A stretch of 64,000 bases of DNA from assembly GCA_030295235.1 (NCBI GenBank), contig AP026124.1, positions 1,240,001 through 1,304,000 on the forward strand, given 5' to 3'. The notes below the pieces were generated by a model. It ran no database searches. It saw only the letters and a program-made list of their open reading frames with translations, and was not told the DNA's origin. This document shows positions 35,336-46,684 of this stretch, in pieces. Both the position numbers and the translations under genes were made by a program. Position 1 is the first letter of the stretch. Each line of letters starts with the position of its first letter. The DNA comes from Fistulifera solaris. Taxonomy: Eukaryota.

Positions 35336-36023
35336 ATGAGTGCATTCTTTGGAGAACCTTATTATTCAAACAATCTCTTCGGCTACGTTTCTCCATATCA
35401 GTATGAACGACAAAGAATTATGGAGGAGAGTCGACGACGACGTGCCGAGCTACAGCATCGTAGACAATTGGAAGAACGTGAGCGAAAGCGCCAAGAAGCC
35501 ATCATGGACTATCAGCGGCGTCTTGCACGAGAGAATGCTCTTCGTCGACAGCATCAACGCTATCAACGCTACCAACATGACGAGGAAGATCAAGAGGCCG
35601 ATCAGTATTTCATTGTCAGAGGGCCTGACGGATGCCTCTACCGTGTTCCTGCGCGAAGTATTGTGAACAACAAACATCGTTACCAAAATCAGGAGCTAGG
35701 TGAGTCTACGTTACAAGAGGACATGCATGAACCAAAAGAAGAGGATGAAGCGCAAGTCCATCTCTCATCAGAGGAAATGGCCAATAACGAGGTAACGAAG
35801 GAGGAAACGATTCCGTCAATGATAGTAGCGGAGGAAATCTCAGGCGAAATACTCGAGTCAGACGACGCTAGTTATGATGAGTCAACGAAAGCTCCCTTAG
35901 TTGCGGCAGACGTAGTCGTCGAAGATGCGTCAGACGACGAAGAAGAAAAAAGAACTCAAATCGATTTGGCGCAATCGCCGCCCTTCACCAGGGACACTAA
36001 TGGAGCCAGTTGAGGCACTATAA
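35336..36023 (+). CDS. Hypothetical protein with an R/Q/E-rich coiled coil and acidic tail
   Basis: ORF 35336-36013. Removing one A near 35945-35951 gives the C-terminus ELKSIWRNRRPSPGTLMEPVEAL* ending at 36023. Confidence 0.7.
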
Positions 36024-36137
36024 CGGGTAGATACCGGCAGTTTAGGAATACAATTAGATACTTCTTTTTAGTGTTTAATCTTTACTTTTATCTAATGAAT
36101 TTATCACGCTCTCCTCCTGGATATCTTTCATACGACA

Positions 36138-37919
36138 CTACTTCTGGTCCTGATGAACACACCCGGTGCAACGACGGTCCTCCTTTTTACGCAATTGTGC
36201 CTTGCTGTAGTCACTTTTCTTTTTAGGCTTTTTGCATGATCTACAAACAAGATCTTTCGGTACCTCGTTGTAAACATTCTGGGCCAGTACAGTGGCATCA
36301 CGTGAGTCGAGGCTTTTTCCAGTGGGCGAATCGCCATCAACATCTTTCTTTTCCTCGTGATAATTTGGGATTTGTGGTGATCGAGTGGGCGATTTGCTTT
36401 TCTTCTTAGAGCGCTTCTTTCGAGCCGGGGTCTTTTTTCCAGTGTTCACAAGTTGTCCTGTCGTTTCTTCCTTGTGAACTGCTTCGACAGGTTCATCTAC
36501 ACCCTTCAATGGTGGTGTCGAATCATGAGCTACCGGAGAGCTTTCGCGGCTTGTCTTTAACTGCTCTTTCTTCGCCGGAGTTGAGGCGGGTGACTTAATG
36601 GGGGTTTTCCGTGCCAACTCATTTTTCTTCTGCTCTGTGTTCGCCTTTGACGGAGACGACGTGCTGCTTTTTGTTTCGACATGAACGTTCTCTTCATCAT
36701 TATCACTATTAGACGAGCTGCTTCGACGTGAACTTCCTCGCTTTGGGGTGATTGCGGAGCTTAAAGTAGGGGTGGTTGTTTCGTCGACGTCCTGAATACT
36801 GGTCATGGACGGAGTAAGTAGGGACTCGACACTAAACAGAGGTGCTCCTGTTGCATCGATGTGCACGTCGGTGCTGTTCAAGGGCGATACCATTTCTGTG
36901 TCATTCTCGACTTCCGGAATCTCTTTCGGTACCGACACATGCAGCGAACTCTTTTTGTGGTATTTCTCTGCGGACATGGGGGATGAAACAGAAATAACGG
37001 TGCCGTCGTCAGCTGCTTCTTCCGAAACAATGATGGTCGTTAGAAGCTCCAGAGGACTCTTGGAAGTGTCATCGACTTGAAATTCATACTTTCCGAACCC
37101 TTCAAGCATCTTTTCCGGAGCTTCCGAATGTCTAATCCAAATGTTAAACACGTTATCCGGGGGTTGCTGCTTCAAAACCCGGGTCATTCCCTCGATCAAA
37201 GACTCTCGGGGAGCGCATCGGAAGATGCGAACCACAGGCTTAGGAAATGTTCCAAAACGACGTGCTGCTTGGTACAACTCGTCTCCGCATTCCAGACCTT
37301 GTTGAGCCACAACTTCAGGCTGATCCGAGAACAAGGTACCGTAGTGCCGCTTGACAACTGTCTGAGCTTCCGGACCGTCATTCTCGTCTGCGTATGCGTA
37401 TTTGGAAACAAACGTCGTACCCCTAGGTCCCTCACCGTGTTCGATAGTCCACTCGCAATCTGCGAAAATCTCGCGAAACACAGATTTCTCGATCGATCGC
37501 TCGGTAACGATATGCCAATAGATCGACGGTAGGTCACAATCGTGTTGCCACTTTGGAAGAGATAACCAAACACTGTCTTCCGTGCATTTGGCATCATTAT
37601 GGTCTACAATGAAGGTTCGTTGCGAAGGATTTCGGCGCAACGCGTACGCTACTTTCTCTAAAAAACGGTAGGCTTCGCTCGATGGAAAGTCCCCTTCGCG
37701 TTCCAAATAATCCGGATGACCAGGTGCGTAGCATTTGTTCAATCTTTCGCGATCTTTGTCTCGAACATTTACTCGCTCAAGACGCGATCTCCAGAGAATC
37801 GATTCGATCGATGACGCAAACCGTAGGCCTATGTGTTTGCTATCCACGGAGAGTTTGTTGGGTCTTTTGTCGGTTAACGGAGTCATTACTGCTGCTGAAC
37901 AGATGTCTTTAGTGAACAA
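36138..37919 (-). CDS. Hypothetical protein with a C-terminal Stc1-like C4 zinc finger
   Basis: 593-aa ORF with a globular-looking N-half, an S/T/K-rich linker and terminal CRSCKKPKKKSDYSKAQLRKKEDRRCTGC. Start is uncertain. Confidence 0.65.
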   Translation of the reverse strand: MFTKDICSAAVMTPLTDKRPNKLSVDSKHIGLRFASSIESILWRSRLERVNVRDKDRERLNKCYAPGHPDYLEREGDFPSSEAYRFLEKVAYALRRNPSQRTFIVDHNDAKCTEDSVWLSLPKWQHDCDLPSIYWHIVTERSIEKSVFREIFADCEWTIEHGEGPRGTTFVSKYAYADENDGPEAQTVVKRHYGTLFSDQPEVVAQQGLECGDELYQAARRFGTFPKPVVRIFRCAPRESLIEGMTRVLKQQPPDNVFNIWIRHSEAPEKMLEGFGKYEFQVDDTSKSPLELLTTIIVSEEAADDGTVISVSSPMSAEKYHKKSSLHVSVPKEIPEVENDTEMVSPLNSTDVHIDATGAPLFSVESLLTPSMTSIQDVDETTTPTLSSAITPKRGSSRRSSSSNSDNDEENVHVETKSSTSSPSKANTEQKKNELARKTPIKSPASTPAKKEQLKTSRESSPVAHDSTPPLKGVDEPVEAVHKEETTGQLVNTGKKTPARKKRSKKKSKSPTRSPQIPNYHEEKKDVDGDSPTGKSLDSRDATVLAQNVYNEVPKDLVCRSCKKPKKKSDYSKAQLRKKEDRRCTGCVHQDQK

Positions 37920-38514
37920 GGGGTGCGGCGATTCTATGAGCGAGGAGGAGGCGGCAGTCTATCTTTGTATGCACGAAAGATCGCAATGTGATCGACGTTG
38001 GTAATATCGATGAAGTTTTTCAGGCATACGTTCGCACAAAGTTGCGCGTCATTTGTCATTCGCAACAAGTTTTGAGTGATGCGACGGAATTCAAAAACTA
38101 GAGGCGGACCTCTTGTAAGCAATTGCAGCGAAATCAATGCCTACGTCACTTCCTGTTAATCGTGAAATGTGTTGCCTTCTCAATCGATTATATTACATTC
38201 GAACCGGTACCAAAATGTTTTTTCCCAGGCTTCGTCACATTTTCTTCCAGAACAATCTAGGATCGAGAAAGATTTTGCTATTGCTAATCTATTCTCTCTG
38301 CTTTCTGGAAATTCCTTGAAAAGAGCATATTAGAAGAGAAGCATACATAACAAATAATGAATCTCTAAAGTGCCACAAACTTGATATTGATATTCTTTAT
38401 TAAAGTGACCGTAGTGTAGCAATTTCTAGTACCATTCGACATTGGCTCGACTGTTCTCCCCCCTTCAACCCCATAAAATCGGTGCGAAGGCAATGATTGA
38501 GTCAAAGAGAGCCT

Positions 38515-39534
38515 TTACATTTCTAGAAAAGAATCGGCCTGTAAGGCTGTTCCATACAAAGCCATTTCTAATGTCACGGCCAATCGTAGTCCGCCGGCTG
38601 CTAGCCTCTGCTCGACAATAGGACGTCGCGTCTGCTGATATTCGTCAGATAAAACATCTCCGTCTACAACTTCAGATCCATCGACATTGCGATAAGCCCA
38701 CTCTATGGCATAATGGAACGATTCCTCGCCCCAAAGTGACGTGCATGCTTGACTACTTCCGATGGGACAAGCCAACCATTGACGAACGTAGTCCTTGTTC
38801 GTCTTCAACCAAGCTTGTAGAAATTCTTCAAACATGACGCGAGAGCCATGAAAGTCCCTGCCGATTGCCTTTTCGATGATATCATCGTCCCAAATACCGT
38901 GCAACGTTTTCGCGTGGGGGTGGCCTCCTCGAAGATGTCGCTGGAACTTACGGCGATCTTTACCACTGGATATGAGTTGATCTTCACCGTCAAAATGTAC
39001 ATGAATCGAGTTTCCGCCCCGATCTGTTGTACGAGAAGCATGCAAGGGTTGGTGAATGTCACCAACAAAGTGCGTGAGAAATTTGAGTGCTTCGACGGAA
39101 GCATTGTGATTCGATGTTGTCATCAATATGTTGGTGTAATTGACTATAGAACCAGCCACACAAAAGTCCTGAGGACAATCACGAACATAATCAAAGTGAC
39201 AGCGTTCGTCCAGCGTATCCTTTTCTCCAGCGGGACATCCCGACGGTATCAAGTCGTCGCGGACATCGATGTAATGCAAGGGAGCCGTCCATTGATAGTG
39301 CTGTGTGTGTCGAACGGCATCTGCCCAATCGGCTATAACCGCCAATGGAGAACATCCCTCGCATGCGGGAGGAAAAGTCGTGAACCCTAGCAAGTCGGAG
39401 ATTTTTGCTTGCGTGGCATTCGAAAGAAACGACCACGCTAGATTCGCCACGATTTCGTGTCCTTCTTTACCCCATGCGTGCGTCGTGGTAAAAATGGTGT
39501 GTGTACAAAGAAGCGTGACAAACAACTTCATCAT
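38515..39534 (-). CDS. Secreted S1/P1 nuclease
   Basis: Signal peptide then WGKEGH, WADAVR, LHYID, LKFLTHFVGDIHQPLH, DRGGN, LHGIWD and GGLRLA. Start at ATG 39534. Confidence 0.95.
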   Translation of the reverse strand: MMKLFVTLLCTHTIFTTTHAWGKEGHEIVANLAWSFLSNATQAKISDLLGFTTFPPACEGCSPLAVIADWADAVRHTQHYQWTAPLHYIDVRDDLIPSGCPAGEKDTLDERCHFDYVRDCPQDFCVAGSIVNYTNILMTTSNHNASVEALKFLTHFVGDIHQPLHASRTTDRGGNSIHVHFDGEDQLISSGKDRRKFQRHLRGGHPHAKTLHGIWDDDIIEKAIGRDFHGSRVMFEEFLQAWLKTNKDYVRQWLACPIGSSQACTSLWGEESFHYAIEWAYRNVDGSEVVDGDVLSDEYQQTRRPIVEQRLAAGGLRLAVTLEMALYGTALQADSFLEM

Positions 39535-39870
39535 GATTAGACAATAAAAGGATAGAAGTGTAAAGATTGGTTCAAAACACAAAGATCCTTTCACATCAGT
39601 GCAAGGAACAAGGAACGAACTTTTTTTTTCACGTCGCGTCGTCCGCGTCAACAAATTCTCACGTGACTGATATTTGTGGGACTCATCCTTCGCAAAAGGA
39701 GGTAGGACGTATAGGACGTACTTGTACGGGGTACCTCGTAGGGGACGGGAGGGACACGAGGACTTGTCGTCTGTCATTCATCCGAAGGGGGACAAATTCA
39801 GAGCCAATCGGCCGACATGGTCGTTTTCGCCATGATGGTTTTCGCTCTCACAAAAACGAAACCAAGAATC

Positions 39871-41031
39871 ATGACGGCCTCGATCGAGAACGAGAACGAG
39901 AACGACAACGATGGCTTTGAAGTAACCTCACGAAAGAAAGTCCCCAGAAAGAATCTCTACATCGGTAACCTCCCCACGCAGACCGATGAAGTTGATTTGT
40001 TGAGGCGGCTCCAACAATTCCTTCGAGTGGAATGTTCTCTCAAAGAGACGGACATGACCGATTTGCGGATTCATTCGTCGGCGCGAGCCTCTCATGCTTT
40101 GTTGCCGTGTGACAATCATTTGATGGATAAAATAATACAAAAACTTCATCGCAAAGATTTCCTAGGAAAGAAACTGGTAGTGCAAAAAGAACGAAAAAAG
40201 AAAGCATACGATACCGGCAGCACCTCGAACAACAAGCAAAAGGCATTCGGAACTTGGAGCCAATCCACTGTTGAACACGTTGGTCAGGTAGTAAAAGAAG
40301 AGATAGATCAGGCGGATGATCCTGTGAATACAGCCATTGCTGCAGCTGCTGCCGTTGGTGTCATGTCCTCCTTGTCGTTAAATCCTTTACTATCGCAACC
40401 GATGGATGATTTACTTGCCGATTATGGTGAACAGGATCTGAATTGGAAGCAGATGAATAATCCCACTAGTGACTCATTGCCAGAAGCGGCCCAACAAACA
40501 AGCGAAAGTCGACTGACTCAACTTGGAAAAGCACCGATACACATCCAATTCTATTCTTTTGGATATCATCACGGAGCACCCAATGAAGCACGAAACGGGT
40601 GGAGCCACGCGCAGCCACTTCCTGTGCATGACTGTCGCGACTTGGGAACGGTTCCGGGTCATCTCATGTGGCAAGATGGATTATCGGGTGTGGTCAAGCG
40701 TGAGTTGATGTGGAATACCGACATTCGAAATATGGCGAATGATTTGGCGGAACGCGTGGCCGACGCCGTGATGGACGCGATTAATGAAGGCGGGCACGGA
40801 TATGCCTTGCCATTGAAAATGCAAGTACTAGTAGCAAGTGAACTGGGAAGGCATCGCAGCGTTGTTTTTTGTGAGTTGGCAGCCACAGCATTAAGGAAAC
40901 GTTTGCGAGCCAATGAGAATAATCAATTTCGAGAACCCTGTTCGGTCGACACGTTTCATCGTGATTTACCAAATCGAACTGCTTTAAATGCGCCCTCGAA
41001 GAGTAACAAGAAGGATATCTTTGAAGACTAG
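39871..41031 (+). CDS. RRM protein fused to a RapZ/YhbJ C-terminal-like domain
   Basis: RNP2-like NLYIGNLP...GKKLVVQ. The C-terminal SFGYHHGAP, DCRDL, DGL, GRHRSVVFCE and HRDL match the RapZ C-terminal pattern. Confidence 0.75.
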   Translation: MTASIENENENDNDGFEVTSRKKVPRKNLYIGNLPTQTDEVDLLRRLQQFLRVECSLKETDMTDLRIHSSARASHALLPCDNHLMDKIIQKLHRKDFLGKKLVVQKERKKKAYDTGSTSNNKQKAFGTWSQSTVEHVGQVVKEEIDQADDPVNTAIAAAAAVGVMSSLSLNPLLSQPMDDLLADYGEQDLNWKQMNNPTSDSLPEAAQQTSESRLTQLGKAPIHIQFYSFGYHHGAPNEARNGWSHAQPLPVHDCRDLGTVPGHLMWQDGLSGVVKRELMWNTDIRNMANDLAERVADAVMDAINEGGHGYALPLKMQVLVASELGRHRSVVFCELAATALRKRLRANENNQFREPCSVDTFHRDLPNRTALNAPSKSNKKDIFED

Positions 41032-41561
41032 ACGATAAATATCGAGTCAGGGTTACACAATCATTACCTTCCATGGGCCTTTCGTGCAAGGCTCATGGAT
41101 ATAGAATATTTTTCTAAATAACGGTTTTTACGTCGATAACATTTACTTGCACTTCTCTAGTGACTCGTTAGTTGGGTCATGAATTGTCGGATGGTGAAAG
41201 GACGAGTTGTAACAGGAAATTGTTGTCGATGCATCTATAAAATAATAAAGCTATGATGTGCATCCTCTAAGCGTTAGCTTCCGTGCGTTATGTCCGTCTC
41301 ATTGTGTTCACTAATGTGACGTCATTTCTCTTGTCCCACGTGGAAGTCGGACACAATCATTTCCGCACATTTTTGACCCTTTCAATAAAAATGATCGTTC
41401 AGTCGGCAAACAAGCATTACTTTCATCTTAGACAATTAGCTTCATATCCAACACGCTTCTCAGCACCACTACAATAGCCTCGCGAGTATATCCAGGAAAG
41501 GACTTGTACGGATCCGAGATATCAGCGTCTGTTTGTTTGCCTCTTGAGAACGCTCAACAAA

Positions 41562-43189
41562 ATGTGGCTACCGAAGCGCGTCGCATTGCTAGCTGTCTTT
41601 GTCATGTCTCGCTTGGCAGCGGCTGAGAACTCTATAGAAGATGTAGAAGTAGATACAGTATCAGACTCCCTTTCCGTTAGTATAGATCAGGTTGTCGGAG
41701 GGTCGCCGAATTTGAGTAAAGAAAGTCTAGACATCGACATGTCATCGGAATCAAGTTCTCATGAAATTCATCCTGATGAACCCGAAGAAGATCAGCCATC
41801 GTCGAAACTGTCTACCGTTAATGACATTCAACCGGATTTTGTTTCGGAAATCATTACTGGATCTCCACAACACGAAGGGACGCAGGAAGGAAATACTCTT
41901 ACAGTTGTGTCAAGCGAGGACCAAAACACAACTAAGGAAAACGGTGCTTCATCCAAGAATCATATGGATTTTTCTGCCGAGTTTGACAGCGAAGAAGCCG
42001 ATTCAACTGAAGCAAAATGGGACGAAACTAAAACGAAAGTCGACGAAGTAAAAACGATGGAAGTGGATGAGGTTGCTGTTGAAGCAGGATTACAGATGCG
42101 TGGAGAAGTACAAGAAGCCATGACGAATGTGGATGATATCGGTCCGACTTCGGAAACGTACAATCAAGCTACTGCGAAAATCGATGATTCTGTGATCGAG
42201 ACTGGATCAACAGAGCGCGAGATGTGGGAGGATTCGGGCACGCAGGATGGTGAGGAAAACACTGCAGTAATGTCAGCAGATGATTCTGACCAGATGGGAA
42301 ATAGTACACTAAGAGAAAATATGAACCATACAGCAGCAGCTGTTCGTGATGAGGAAAAAGAAACACAGACACGTGAGGCTTCATTCCCTGTGGATGATAC
42401 ATCAGGAAGCATGGAAACGGAGACTCGATACCAGCCATATTGTAGAGTATGGGGTGTTTATCGAGCCGAATATCGTTATGCAAATTTATCGGTCCTCGCA
42501 CTTCTTTTCCAAGACTTGTTCCAGAAAGATGAAGCCGAAGCTGTGGCCATGTTGAAAAGTCTTGCATCCAGTGTTACAGTCCCAATGCATAATGTGTTGG
42601 ACAAAATACATAATGTGAGTGAAAATATAAGCGAAATGGCTGATTCTGTTGACAGAATAAAGAAATCTCCGAACTCTGAGTTTGTAGAAGGGCTGGATGA
42701 CATCGACAAATTCTTCGAAGGCGTGGATGTTCCTGATGAGTTGGACGTCGGTGCTGTTGGGTCGTCGTTACAAGAGGTGCTTATGGGTCAAGGTACGCAA
42801 ATAGTTATAAAAAGATTGAAGATGGGATTCGCTGCCATACAAGATGGGGTTATAACATTGAAGGTAACGGTTGTTTCAACCATAGAGGATATCGTATCCC
42901 GAAGAGATGAGTTTGCAACCAAGAAAGATGAATTTTTGCTTGCATTGAAAAAGGAAAAACGGCTATTATCGAAGGCATCGTGGACTTTAGAGACAGTGAC
43001 AACGAAAGGCGGAAAGAACTTCTTCATCAACTTGCTCGAGTGGGTTGGCGGTCTACTGTGACGACTGCGAATGCTCTTAAGGAGTTGGCCAAGCGCATAT
43101 TCGACGACGGTGATGATATTGAAGACATCTTAAAGGAGTCGACAGCAGTAGACGATGAAATTCAGCGTTTGATACGAAAAAATTCATAA
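41562..43189 (+). CDS. Secreted/ER acidic hypothetical protein
   Basis: Signal peptide, D/E-rich region and a FVEGLDDIDKFFEGVDVPDELDVGA block. A probable indel in the A-runs near 42950 links it to ORF 42980-43189. Confidence 0.65.
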
Positions 43190-43330
43190 TCTTAAAATTT
43201 GATTCATTCTGCTCGCCTTGCAACATTCGATAAGTTCAGGTTGAAACAACGAATGAAGATCTTTGTCAATCTCTGGAGTTCCAAAAAAGATTTACATAAT
43301 AGTATACCTGTAACCACAGTAACATTAGAC

Positions 43331-46043
43331 TTAAGAGCTAGCCTCCTTGATAATCTGTTTGAAAGAATACGGAGAGAACCTGATACCATCAGCCTTGAAG
43401 AACTTATTTTGGAACTCAACCCAGTGCAACCGAAGAGCATGCAAAAAGCATTCTAGCACATCCATCATTAGTAGCACACCGAACGTTACACCAGCAAATA
43501 CACCGTAGCCAAGGAACGTCGCGAAGAAATTCATGTTCAATGTAGTCAACATTGCCTTCTCCCAAAAGACAGTGGCGAGCTCAGAGTGAGCCAAGGACAA
43601 CGCCCAGAGACGAAGATAAGATGCTGTGTTTGAAACCATGCCAAGCACGAACTCAATAGTTTCAATAGCTTGGTGAATCAGAATTTCGCCGAATCCATGT
43701 TCCTCGTGATCCTCGTGCTCTTCTTTGTCGCCATCGCCGTGATGAGCCGCGGAGTGACTTGCTTGTGACATCAAATACGGTTTCGCCAACAGCAGAATGG
43801 GGACTGAAGCAAATGCCAACATGAGAAGGATGTTTTGAACAGGACCTTGCCCAGCGTACATTGGTTCATCGACAACGCCAGGCATCAAAGCAATATTGAT
43901 CAGAGTCGTAATTAGGTTGGGAGGTTGGCAACCATCACCTGATCCTCCATAATTGAGTGGACAAAGCGTTGCTGTATTGTCGTTACCTGTGCAAGGGTAG
44001 CCCCATGGAGTGCACAATCCTGTATCAGACTCGCATTCGGTCCACACTCCATCGTAGTCCGGTGATCCCCAACCTTCACCTCCAGGAGCGAGACAAGTTG
44101 CCGAAAGCATTCGTGAATTCCAGTTGGCTGCCCACTTGTAAAAGATTAAAAAAGACCATGTAGACAAACAGTGATGAAGCAAAAACAACCATTGGTAAAA
44201 ACTCATACATGAAATCCAGCTTCTGCCCGAAGTAGAGTGCGTTTGCTCCCTTTAGCAGAGTGCCACCAAACATCTGTACGATGCCAAAGATGACAGAAAG
44301 CTTCATCTTGAATGAGTTGAAGAAAAGAAGTTCGTTGGAAGCAACATGCCACATTGGGTCGAGACCAAAAGGATAGACAGCTTCTTCAGAACCATAGCTG
44401 GCAGTCATTTCAGCAACGTCTCCCTCTTCAACACCATTCTCGGTGTCGAAAGACCAACGAGTACCGAAAAGGTTCAAACCTAGCGAAAACATATCGTTGT
44501 AAATCAATCCAGCATAAACAGCGAAGAAACCCATCATGGTAATCATGTAGCGACCAGTATGCATACCCTCAGCCATTTCCGAGAGCTTTGAGGTTTCATT
44601 GGTCTTTTCGTTCCAAAGCAAATAGAGTCCGGCGCAGAACAGGAACATACCGTGACCGACGTCTCCGTACATAACTCCGAACAAAAATGGGAATGTCGCT
44701 GCAGTAAACAATGCGGGGTTGGCTTCTCGGTAACGCGGAATACCGTAAGTATTGACGAACTCCTGGTATCCGTACGTGAACTTGTTTGTAATAAAATGCG
44801 TCGGCGGTGTTGGCCAAGGCTGTGCGACAAAGTCGACAAGGGAGGGCATGGCCAAGTCCATGTTCGAGTGGGCTCGTTCGACAGCATCGCGGACAGCGTC
44901 GTACGATTCGGAAATTACCCAACCTTCTCCACGCAGCATACCCGAAACATCGGCCTTGAACATGTTAAGCGAGTGATACACAGCTTTTTCGCGCAAAACA
45001 GTCCACGTCCAACGTTCAGCGTGTTTCGATAACATCTGGCAAAGACGGTATCGTGTATCCTGATTCTTGAGGAGAACAGTGCGCGAGTCAACCAGCTCTT
45101 GGGCGTTCTCCGACAGCATCTTTTCGACGGAAGCAGCATCGTCCATGTCCGGAAGCGAATAGCGATGGGCAGAAAATGCGTCGCAAATCTTCTTCAATTT
45201 GAGTTCGATGCTCTCACTCTTATAAAAAATAATAAAGACCGATTTATCTACCAAGAGTCCGGTTTCCGGGTCGGCTACAGGTTGTTCGATCGGGGCGAAT
45301 CGCACGTAGCAATTTCCGCGAGTTGCTCGAAAGATCATGCGCTCAAAGCGAGTCTTTTCCTCGGACATGATAACACCGGTGATCGACGAAAAGCGCATAT
45401 CTAGGTCAGGGCGGGGAGCACTATCATATTTGAGGAGTCCCTCTTCGTAATCTCCTCGTCCTGTGGTCATTTCCGATACAGCAAGCCGGGGAGCATCGCT
45501 TAGAAAAAAGCGACGAGCCTTTTCTAGCACTTCTTGCAACTCGATTTTCTCGTTGTACTCTGTAGTGAGCTTTTCTGAAAAGTTGATCAACTCTCGCAAT
45601 TGGGTCTCATATCCTTCAATTTCCGCTTCAAGACTCTCGAGCAACTGCGATCCACTCTTTTTCGATCCGTCAGCTGAACTGTATCTAGAAGAGTTAACGA
45701 AGTCGTCAACCGTTCCTGGTGACACAAGCTCAAGCTCGAATTTCTCGATCTCACCGACGAAAAAGCGCAACTTTCGTTCGAGTTCATCGCATCGTTTCAC
45801 GTAAGAAACATAACGACGCTGAAAGGGAGTCAAATCGGGGTTCAACTGCAAAAAAAAATATAATATAAGAAATCATTAAAGGAAAATTGCAAAGTAAATG
45901 TACTGAGATGAACAAGAGCTACGTACGTCTGTAAATTGAATAACACCAAGATTGCCAAGATCTGCGAGACAATCATGAGCGGCGTCTTCGTTCACAATTA
46001 AGGAGATATACTCCATTGGCTCGGAACGAAACCATCGAGCCAT
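43331..46043 (-). CDS. VHA-a: V-type H+-ATPase V0 subunit a, copy 2
   Basis: Exon 1 at 46043-45927, intron 45926-45846, same motifs as copy 1. One extra T near 44148-44153. Confidence 0.96.
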
Positions 46044-46684
46044 TTTTCTCCTTCGCTGCTTTTAAATGCTACGACGATAACAAAACCGAAAGAGAGCAAT
46101 GGGTACAAAGTATTGGCGAGATAATAATCCGCGTCTTTGCGAGCAAGGTTTGTGAACGGTCCAACAAAGGTGCGGCGGTGGGCGAGAAAGCGTTCAAGAC
46201 GTCCAATAAGCGAGAGAGCGAGTTTCAAATCCGTTGAACAGTTCACATCAGTGTCAGAGCGGACGGGCGATATCTATTTTTTTACTTTGTAGCAGCATTG
46301 TTTTCCAAGCTGGTATTTCGTCTAAGTATTTATAAGTAGTACTATGGGTCTTGTCGCAGAAACTTTGATCATGTAACCGTATTGGAATAGAATAATTTTT
46401 CGATTTTAGCAGGTTCATCCCAACGAAGTCTCCGTTGACCCGTTAAGAAAGTTAAACGACCGTTAACCGTTACGGTGGTATTGCGTACCCGCGCTAAGGG
46501 TTTAGAGTACAGGTTGCAGGAAGGGTACTTTGTACCGGTGCGGTACCAGTACCAGGTGTAACGAAACACAACTTTGCAACTTGCACCGCAAGGAGAGGGG
46601 ACGGTGCACGTCTCTTTTTGGCTTCATTATCCTCCCTCCGTAACATTCCTTTAAATAATTACTTTGCTGGAATCAGTATTGAAT

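Noticed and set aside
7375..46043. Programmed ribosomal frameshifting or pseudogenisation of the V-ATPase, Rit1, LHC and other split genes
   Set aside because: Breaks are single-base, of both signs, mostly in homopolymers, and the genes show no other decay. Sequencing error is the simpler explanation.
43331..46043. Second V-ATPase a as a misassembled haplotype duplicate
   Set aside because: Flanking genes differ, and the copies show many synonymous and loop differences.
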